This document shows, piece by piece, positions 1 to 8,291 of a stretch of DNA of 23,407 nt. Source of the DNA: Chlorokybus atmophyticus (taxonomy: Eukaryota; Plantae; Mesostigma and Chlorokybus algae); assembly GCA_009103225.1 (NCBI GenBank), contig RHPI01000810.1, positions 1,256,748 through 1,280,154 on the forward strand. Reading direction: 5' to 3'. A program made the translations under genes and the position numbers. A model generated the notes under the pieces. It did not search any database and was not told where the DNA came from. It saw only the letters and a list, made by a program, of their open reading frames with translations. Numbering within the stretch: the first letter of the stretch is position 1; the number at the start of each line of letters is the position of its first letter.

Positions 1-112
1 TCCTCTCCCTCTCCCTCTCCCTCTCCCTCTCACCACCTCCTCCTCTTCTCCCTCCTCCTCCTCCTCCTCACTCTCACTCTCACTCTCACTCTCTGGCGGC
101 TCCTCCTCTTCC
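1..112. repeat. Polypyrimidine/polypurine microsatellite: (CTCCCT)n, then (CTC)n and (CACTCT)n
   Basis: Directly visible: tcctctccctctccctctccctctccctct... at 1-30 and cactct x4 at about 69-92. The same hexamer closes the window. Confidence 0.95.
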
Positions 113-513
113 TCCTCTGGCAGGTGCTGCGCTTCCTGCTCCACCATGACGTTGATGTCGTGGAGGAGGCTTGCTAGCTCCTCCCCTCCACCGTCTCCCC
201 CGCTTGTTGTGGAAGTGGGTGGCAACACGCCTTGCTCCTTCTCCCAAAACTGAGAACGACCTCCCTCTTGCAGGTAGGAGAGCATAGCATCCAAGGCAAG
301 CTCCCCCTTGGAGCTATCATACTCCCAAAACACCTCCCATCTATCAGCCGCCGTCGTGCGGCCTGGCTTGAAGCCCACTACCTCCCCTACCACTGTGGCA
401 GTCTGCCAAGCTGCCCCAAACTCCGCCTTTGCCCATGTTACCGTCCAATAGGTAGCAGGCACTAACACCTTACTACCCACCCACCCTCTAGACCTGCTCC
501 CCACCGCCGCCAT
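1..513 (-). CDS. 3'-partial ORF running off the window edge; unknown protein, possibly the N-terminus of a DNA-transposon protein
   Basis: ATG at 513-511 in gccATGg context, with no stop through to base 1. Translation: MAAVGSRSRGWVGSKVLVPATYWTVTWAKAEFGAAWQTATVVGEVVGFKPGRTTAADRWEVFWEYDSSKGELALDAMLSYLQEGGRSQFWEKEQGVLPPTSTTSGGDGGGEELASLLHDINVMVEQEAQHLPEEEEEEPPESESESESEEE... A Trp/Val-rich beta-like segment is followed by an acidic tract. It is absent from the ORF track, presumably because it has no stop in the window. The last ~60 nt may be intron or repeat. Confidence 0.55.
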   Translation of the reverse strand, partial: MAAVGSRSRGWVGSKVLVPATYWTVTWAKAEFGAAWQTATVVGEVVGFKPGRTTAADRWEVFWEYDSSKGELALDAMLSYLQEGGRSQFWEKEQGVLPPTSTTSGGDGGGEELASLLHDINVMVEQEAQHLPEEEEEEPPESESESESEEEEEEGEEEEVVRGRGRGRGRG

Positions 514-2270
514 GGCCGCCGCCGCCACTGCCGCTGATGTCAACGTCCTCACCAGCCCTGCTAAGAAGCACGCCGCTGCCAGCGAAGAGCCAAGCAGCGG
601 GGCAGCTGTCTCGAAACTCACAACGCACTTAGGCGCAAAGTGGGCCAAAATAGGGGCAAAAAACGCAGTTTTGACCCAACTTTGGAAATTCATAACTCTT
701 AAGCTATATGTCACAAATATCTGAAATGAGTTTTTGTGCATTGCTCTTGAAGTTGTGCTCAACCCTATATAAGCCATCAACCATGAGATAAGTCATAAAA
801 TAAGTCGTAATGTCGTGGCCATAAAAGTCCGTTTTTCGGTACTCAAAAGAGTATAGTAGCCATCGTAGTGTTAAGCAAAGTGGAGTATGTGTACATGACA
901 ATGAATGGGTTGGATGTTAATGTTGTGCACGTGATGTTTGATGTGTACGTGCTTGAACATGTAAGGCAAATCATCATACGTATATATGTGTGTTGGTAGC
1001 TGTCATGTGTGTATGATTGACTACGCAAGCGTGGTGACATAGGTAGCATGCACATTGTAGTTTAGGATGCCATGCATCTCCCTTTGCATACCCCTCACGC
1101 TATCGTGTTTTATCATATCTTATGAAGAGTATCAGACAATCATGTCCACATGGTTGCATGACATATGCATGGATTGTTGCAAAGACATGCACATAAGTAT
1201 TATGCACGGGCAATCGCAACATGCTTCCATCATGAAATTGTATGTTGTGTAGGCAGCACGACGGTGTTCATGCCCACGTGTATGTAGCAGCCCATCTCTC
1301 ATTTGCTGAACTCTCATAATGAACTGAACCCTTGCTGTCGCATAACAATCATGATGATACACACCCTCAGCCCCTTCATCCCGACGCTAGCTCGACCTGC
1401 CTGTGATTGCTTTGGGCAATTACATAGCATGCGTACTTATTAGCAACATCATGAGGGATAGAATAATCAACATGTGTATGTGTTGTAAGGTTGTCAATTA
1501 TGCAAGGGTCATAGAGAGTTCTAGCACAACCTTTACGTGCTTAGCAACATGTGCGTCGTAGCGAATAGAGTATAATAATGAAGGAAACATGCAAAGCTTG
1601 CTGTATAGCAACTTTTTTGATGTTATTTATATACGCACAAAAAGCAAGCAACACAAGTAATATACAATGAGTGTTAAGCACAAACATAGCAGCGACGGCA
1701 ACACACAGTGCACAAGGCTGGCCCCAACCTGAAGCAACCGTATGTTTCACAAAACACAATTAAACAAGATGCAAGCAAAGTTGATAGCTAGGAGCAGGAG
1801 GCGATATCAGCGGCACAGATGGCGACCACAGCTGCATCATCCCCACCTGTCGCGCAGTGCGACTACAGGTAGTAACTGCCGAAAGTGGGTGGTGTTAACT
1901 TGGGGCTCGAAGGTTTGCCGCTATTGCTAGAAACCTCACAATATGACATGCACATGCACAAGTGCCGAACATTTTCACATAGTTGGGGTGTTAATGAAGT
2001 ATATATATAGGACACATTGTTGACCAAGTTTTAGAAATTTCAGGGATCTGTCGCATGGCAGTCAACATTGTTGTTACATCGTTCGTTATTCATTACTTTG
2101 ATAAAGCTGAAATCTGATGACCGGTAGTTCTCGGCCTATACAAGCGTCTCAAGAGTATTGAGATGCTTGATTGAACGCCAGAGATAGCCAGAGTCGCGCA
2201 TCACACGAGCAACCTCCTACCTGGTAGGGCCCTATTACCAGCCCTAGGCCCTGCTCATTCAATTCAGTAG

Positions 2271-2892
2271 TAGGGTAGAGTGCCCTAACTTCGGACAGTA
2301 GCCTGACTTCGGACACACTGAGTGGTGACCGGTTGTGACGCCTACTGGCGGCCAGAGCAATTAATATCTTGTTTTGTAGCTAGTGACGAGACGCCACTAA
2401 CCACAAAATTTCTGCTTTGTTGCTCAAGTATAACCGCGACAATAGCAGTTAGAGTGCAATTTCAAAAATGATTGCAAACTTTAAACGGCCAAGGATAGCG
2501 TTATGGAAGGCGGTTTGCGGTGATTGTTAGCTGTAGGCGACCGCCTTGTTATCCATAATCGACCCTCAAAAGGGCTGGGAAACTGGTTTAGTAATGCGAA
2601 AGATACGGCGGAAGTAGGCCTGTAACCCTACTACCGCCTGCAGCAAGCCACGGTCAGTTAGCCTTTGTCCGAAGTTAGGCACAGTCACTTCCTTCGGCGA
2701 CTTCACCACACCCTCACCTTTGCGAGGGTGTGGCGAACGGCGTTCGCCGAACGCAGTTCACCAATAACTGAGCGGAATAGTTTGTTGGAAAGCTCATAAA
2801 GTCAGCATTCCAACAAGCCAATCCACGACTGAAACGGACCGGCGATGGGCCTGTGGCGAGGTACCCCTAAAAGAGTGTTCGAACTTACCCTA
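2271..2892. mobile_element. Candidate non-autonomous TIR element (MITE-like; TA-flanked, Tc1/mariner-pogo style)
   Basis: Left end TA|GGGTAGAGTGCCCTAACTTCGGACA (2271-2297), with a tandem second copy GCCTGACTTCGGACA (2301-2315). An inverted copy TGTCCGAAGTTAGGCAC lies at 2666-2682 (14-bp perfect core). A possible degenerate right end is TGTTCGAACTTACCC|TA (2876-2892). There is no ORF inside. Confidence 0.45.
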
Positions 2893-3075
2893 GGGCCCTA
2901 TCTGATAGGCCGTACGGCGCAGTGCCCGTGGCGTCTTTCCGAAAGGGGTCCTTGCTCTGAGGTGGTGTGATCGTGACCGAACCCGTGACGCTTTGTTTTG
3001 GCACAGCAGCTAACTACCGCACCCACCACCAACTTGCTTGGGCGGCGACCTCCACGGGAAGGAAGGGGAGGAGAG

Positions 3076-3121
3076 TGAGGGTGAGGGTGAGGGCGAGGGT
3101 GAGAGTAAGGGTGAGGGTGAG
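3076..3121 (+). repeat. (TGAGGG)n hexamer array, about 7.7 degenerate units
   Basis: tgaggg tgaggg tgaggg cgaggg tgagag taaggg tgaggg tgag. Confidence 0.9.
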
Positions 3122-3605
3122 CCCGATTGACTTAAAAAGCATCGTTGCCGGCTGGCGATCGCGTGCGTGTGTGAACTGTTTCAGCTGGTTGGGGCCGAGC
3201 CTGCGGCATTGGTACGCCTGCGGAGTGTCCTGTGTGAGGTTAGTTGGAGTTCCTGTGGTGGTTGACTGTTGTGTTGTGGTAAACAATAATGACAATTTGA
3301 TGACTACATTGCAGACAGCATACAATAGTCGTTGCAGTGCTAGCTGTACTGGATGGTGGTTTAATCCCGTGCTCTGCATAAAGCAGTGCAGCATACATCT
3401 TCAGCGTGTTTGGCTTCCTCAAGCATGCGATCTGTGTACAGGAGCACCACGGTTGCCTGTGCATACTTAACACATCTCAGTTGGGTCGAAAGATGGTGCT
3501 GGTGTAACAGCATTGTACTGTCAATCAGGTGTTTGGGGGCAACAATATCGCTGGACATGCTCTTGACTGTTGACGATCACCATCTTGGCGCCGTGTTGAT
3601 TGGCA

Positions 3606-6600
3606 ATGACAGCTGTCAAGGTGCACGACGTGGATGAGGGGCTACCACACAAGATAGTCGTTGTTCAACCTGCAAAGGCCTCATCCAATCAACAAACAGT
3701 AGTTAGCAGGCGAGTGAAGTGCTGTACCAAGTTGATGAGTTTGCTTGTGTATGGAGCATGCATGCGTCTGCACGCTTGTGTCACGCAAATCATAGTATGA
3801 TGTGGTGCTGACTCTAATTTTGTCACTTGAGCAGACTATTGTGCGTGCCGCTGGTGTTTTCTGCAGTCGCCATCTTCATATTGGCCCTGACATTCTGGCA
3901 TGGGGAGTCTCTGCATCGATTAGCGTGCTCTGCAGGTATAGACAGATTGCTGGAGAGGCTGCATGTCTTGTAAGGTCAATCCCTTTAAGCTCACTCATCA
4001 CTCACCAATCTAATTTCGCCAAAGCAGCAGCTGGTTTATACACATGTTGAGAGTATGAAAGAGGCATTACGGATGGATAAACACTAAACAATAACAAACA
4101 GACCTTCTTGCATTGAATGCTCAGGCAGGTGCTTGTATGCGTGTGCAAGTTGCTGCTAAGCTGCTGTGCATGCACATTGCAGTGGCATCGCGTTTGCAAC
4201 CTGAAGAAAGCTCTTCAAACAGTGGTGAGCGAAGCACGTTAGCGCTTGGCTTTGTTTCACCACCCAATGGCTCTGCACTAGAGCAGCAATTGGCTGAAAC
4301 CAGCGCCAAGCTGGATGTAAGCGAGCAAGAGCTTGCGCGCTTGAAGAAGAATGCATTGGCAGTACAAACCTGTGACACTGAGAACAAAGAAATTGAGAAA
4401 TTGAGAGCTGAACTTGAAGCCCAGAAGGCTGCAGACACCAAGCTCAGTGATGTCCAGCGCAAGGACATTGAGAGGTTGGGAGTTGAGCTGGAGGCTCAAA
4501 AGGCAGCAAATGGAAAGCTCGGTGATGACCAAAAGGAGGTTGAAGCATTGAGAGCTGAAGTTGAAGCCCAGAAAGTTCTGACTGACAATTTCAGCAAGGA
4601 GTTGAGTGAGGGCAAGAAGGCATACGATGTGGTGGCGCAGCAGCTTCAGGAACAGCAAGCTGCAAATGCCAATATCAAGCGGGAACTGGACGAGCTCAAA
4701 CAGTCGAAGACGGTGAGCTTTGGCTGGTTGTTATCAGAAGCACAAGCGTAGTGGTCGTAGCTTGTATGGTTGCCGACAGACTGACAAACCTCAGTGATGA
4801 AAAAGTCATCATTCAACTTCAGCTCATGGTGCAGCAAAGCCAGCTTACCCTCACATTACCTGCAGCTTTGCAAACAAGCTTGCTATTTGTCTGCGTGGTC
4901 TCCGTTCATGCCACGCTCAGCTGCTGATTGTGCGCTGTACAACTTCTTCATCAGGTACCTACAACCACGTATCCACTGTTCAATCAGACCACGGCCGTGT
5001 CAACGCCAGCTAAAACCTTGGAGCTACTGAAGCCGCTCTACGCAATGTTAGTCAGTCTGCAAAGGGACCTCGCACAGGCATGGCAGATAGAGAAGCTGCA
5101 CAGGGGACCACTTGTGGAGGCCACCTTTGAGTTTGCACCACTGTTTGACAAGATCTATCTGGTATGCCAGCGTTGATAGTGAGCTAAGGGTTTATTACAT
5201 TGTGCACTCTTCAACTTGATGCTCTGCAGATCAACGAGCAAGCACGGCAGAAAGGTGTTGCACCCGAAGTGCTCGAGCCGGGACTTGCGGAGATGCAACG
5301 CAAGGTGTCCAGCACAGCAGTACACGCATACACATCCACATCAATGAGCAGATCAGGGCGTTCTCGTTGTCGTTGCGTGAGAGAGTTTCTCCATGCAGGC
5401 TGAAGCCGCCAGAGCAGTGCGCGATCAGCACTCGGGACCTATCGCTCAGTCTCGAGAGAAATATCTGCAAATAACAGTGAGCGAGCTCACTGCAGCAGAT
5501 GTGGAGGCACATTGATGTCATGCCTCCTGATCTGTTACCTGTGCCAATGGTACACCGCACAGGTTGTTTAGGCTTCTCAAGCGAGTCTGATGATGATCTT
5601 TGTGCTGGCAGAAACGTCTTGCTGAGTTGCGTCGCGAGATCCGTTTCATAGATGTCCGTGCACTGCCAGCATCCGTGGGCCAAGTACCAGCGATGGACTC
5701 CATAAAGAGGGTGGAGTTTGAGCTTAATGTAAGCAACTGTTGTTGTAACCAGTTGCAGCCAGTTTGAGTGTTGCAGCACTGCATTGATGGACATGCGTGC
5801 ACGAACACAAGCATGCATCCGCGGACACAACAATTCAGAACAATTGCACTTGGGGTGGGGTTGAAACTAATGCTATTGAAGTTTGCACGGCGTGCATCAG
5901 GTGTGATGTACTGAGTTGTACTGACAAAGTTGTACCGTGCTCACAAGATCTTGTGTGTGTCTCCAGGGCGCCAACAGTCGTGCTGTGAGCCTGCCGTCCA
6001 TACAGGTTGTGGATTCTGTCGACTATCAAGACAATGTTGATATCAGCTTCATCGTTCAATACTTCCGACACCCTGACAACATCGATGGCATTGTAGACAA
6101 CCTATACACGTGTTTTGCAGGCAAGCATCCCTTTGTGCACTGGCAGGTTATCACCTTGTTCAGAAGTGCCCAATATGTGGCAACTCACTAACTACATATC
6201 AATTCAGACCCAAGCAAGAACCCGCTTGGAATCACTGGCGAACTCCTTGTCAATGTGGACAACCCGGAAGAGCACGCAAAGTGGATTGCCGCCATGCAGG
6301 TTTGCATGCACACAGTTTTACGCGCATGCACTGGCAGCACCTTCAGCTGAATACAATGTATTGTGTGGTTGCTTGCAGCGCACCGGTAACTTCGTAACAC
6401 CGGTGTTCTCGCACAACATCCATGAGATCCGTGGGTACAATCGATTGGGAGCGTTTGCGAATGGCGAGATACTTGTATTTATGCAGGCAAGTGGTGTATA
6501 CATTTTGAAGTCAGGCCACTTGGTGCTGGTTTATGCTCAAGCTCGCGTTACATCAGTACTTTAATGTTAACACGTTTGCATGGGCATGTGGCAGGATGAT

Positions 6601-7471
6601 GGCATCCCCCCAGGCGATTGTGGTTGGATCAACAACTTGATCAAGCTGTACCGTCAGTGGCCGCGCATGGGTGCTGTGGGCCTCAACATCGCAATGTTTG
6701 GAGATTGCAGCCAATCTGCATGGTGGCGCTTGACCAATAACGTATATTACTCGCAGAGTGTTGGCACTGCTTGTAATCCTCTCGTTCCTGAAAGCAACAT
6801 TCACCGTTTACACCTCCACAGGTCCATGATGTCTTCTTCAACGACCCGCAGATTGATGTCCAGCATCAATTCGTATCAGTCATCGACCTGGCGCCCATGA
6901 CAGTACGCCGCAGCGTGTATCGCGAGGTAAACAAGTCTGCCACATGACCTACTGGTTGTTGCCAATATCAGTTAGCTTGCGGCCTGATGCATTGTAAACA
7001 CCTCAACTGCTTTGTTCTCTCAGTTGGGTGGCTTTGATGCCTTCCTCTCCATGCCTGGCGAACCCGGAATATTTTTGGACTTTGACCTGGCAATAAGGAT
7101 ATGGAATGCGGGGTATTATGTCTCGCACATGGCGATGAATCGGGGCTTGGGTGCTGGTAAGCAACTTTATGTGCCTTTGACATAACAATGCAACAACTCA
7201 TTTCTGAGCTCACCAACACATATTCATGCACGCTATGTTGGCAGGTGTTGGTGCAGGTGGGACTCATTTTGGCAAAGGCTTGATGCACAGGCAGATACAG
7301 GAGGGCTTCAACAGCAATTATTATGGCCGACGGCACAATGACCAGAGCAAGATTGCTATTTATGAAGCTGTCAAGAAGCTGAATAAGCTGCTCGTACCTG
7401 TTGATCCCAAGAATCCGGAGCCTTGGGAGGAGTTTTTAAGGATAGATCGCGAAAGGCGAGCCGGTCACTGA
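3606..7471 (+). CDS. Type II membrane glycosyltransferase, GT-A fold / GT2-like, with a long coiled-coil stem (about 714 aa, spliced)
   Basis: Phase-consistent exons: 3606-3709, 3835-3935, 4183-4712, 4988-5161, 5230-5304, 5399-5476, 5612-5728, 5967-6120, 6208-6299, 6379-6486, 6595-6741, 6822-6926, 7024-7156, 7245-7471 (an extra exon near 5839-5900 is possible). Signal anchor LLCVPLVFSAVAIFILALTFW. Catalytic-region motifs: ISFIVQYFRHPDNI, ELLVNVDNP, HEIRGYNRL..ANGEILVFMQ|DD, GAVGLN, VIDLAPMTVRRSVYRE|LGGFD, DFDLAIRIWNAGY. The GGFD and DxDLxxR..G motifs are typical of GT2 C-terminal regions. The catalytic half is well supported; the 5' exons less so. Confidence 0.85.
4386..4595 (+). repeat. Three coding tandem repeats (period 75 and 72 nt) in the GT stem
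   Basis: KEIEKLRAELEAQKAADTKLSD (4386), KDIERLGVELEAQKAANGKLGD (4461), KEVEALRAEVEAQKVLTDNFS (4533). DNA similarity is visible (e.g. ttgagagctgaa.ttgaagcccagaa in copies 1 and 3). Confidence 0.85.
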
Positions 7472-8291
7472 CACAAGTCCCCACCTCATTTGCACCAAGT
7501 CATTGTGTGCTTGTAGCATAGTTGCTTATATATTTTCCTGTTCCAGGAGTTTATAGCTTCGTGTAGATTAGTCATTCTCAATACACGCACTACATTCGCT
7601 GTCTCGCGCATGGAGTTGTTCCATAGGCCAACTGTTCACACCCCATGTGACAGTGACCAGCAGAATGCTACATATATGTCTGCGGGACTTGACCTTCTAC
7701 TACATGTAGGGCGATCACCTTGCAGTGTTGTTGTTGTTGTTGTTGGCCAGGTGGCCATACGGGGTGGGATACACGATCTAGTGGCTGCCAGCAATGTTAC
7801 CGCAGTAGATGGTTTTAAGGCTAGTTTAGTTCAGTCTAACATGGAATTGGGCGCATTAAAGCCATTTTTGTTGAATTAGGAGAGGTGGGGTAGGCGTGGG
7901 GGATGCAGTATGCAACAGAACTAAGTATATGCAGTATGCAGTCACAGGACAACGCCGCCCCGATATGATATGCATCGCCGTTGCTTCATATCTGCAATGC
8001 GGTTGGCAATGCATATCCATTCCTGAGCAGCATCCACTGACACATGCGTGGTCCAGCATGTGGAGGCGTGAGGTGAGTGTGTGGGTGTGATGTGTGCGTG
8101 TATCCCACTCTTGCTTGCAGCATGATTGTGTGCACAGCACTCAGTGCATGCTGCATCGGTCCTTTAGACCTATGTGCACAGGCACAGGCACAGTTTCAAA
8201 TGCGCACATGTGCGAGCGTGTTTGGACGTGGTCACAACATCTCACACGCACGATATGTACACATATGTACACAATTCAGCTGCAACTGTGT

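Larger units (their letters stand above)
1..855 (-). mobile_element. Candidate left end of a DNA transposon (piggyBac-like, tentative)
   Basis: An AT-rich block (~640-855) lies upstream of the 513 ORF and ends, read on the minus strand, TATA|CTCTTTTGAGTACCG (855-837). This loosely recalls TTAA|CCCTT piggyBac termini. The partner end is not in the window, so this is inference only. Confidence 0.25.

Noticed and set aside
512-724. Plus-strand ORF MAAAATAAD... from the ORF track
   Set aside because: It shares the CATG with the longer, more protein-like minus-strand ORF and runs into AT-rich non-coding-like sequence.
2114-2140. Hammerhead core word CTGATGA followed by a small stem
   Set aside because: No GAAA follows stem II, and I could not build stems I and III.
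880-2205. Possible fragmented minus-strand gene (e.g. MRDSGYLWRSIKHLNTLETL from 2202; DSVRGMQREMHGILNYN near 1060-1100)
   Set aside because: I could not chain exons with consistent phases or recognise any motif.
2221-2247. Hairpin followed by CTAG as a Helitron 3' end
   Set aside because: The next base is G rather than T, and no 5' TC end or Rep/Hel remnant is evident.
2280-2300. TAACTTCGG resembling an LSU rRNA motif
   Set aside because: Neighbouring conserved rRNA sequence is absent; the inverted-repeat reading explains it better.
2623-2630. TAACCCTA as a telomerase-template-like motif
   Set aside because: Only 8 nt, partly buried in a hairpin stem, with no other telomerase RNA features identifiable.
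2561-2806. Order-preserved resemblance to group I intron core words as I recall them from the Tetrahymena intron: GACCCTCAAAAGGGCTGGGAAA (2561), GCAGCAAG (2640), GCAGTTCAC (2753), CTCATAAAGTC (2793)
   Set aside because: P7 cannot be formed (no GACT after GCAGTTCAC, so no G-binding site) and there is no P3 partner in the right place. An Rfam Intron_gpI cmsearch would settle it.
4866-4954. Extra GT-gene exon LCKQACYL...FFIR
   Set aside because: Its phase-2 end leads to a stop at 5028-5030; skipping it keeps the frame.
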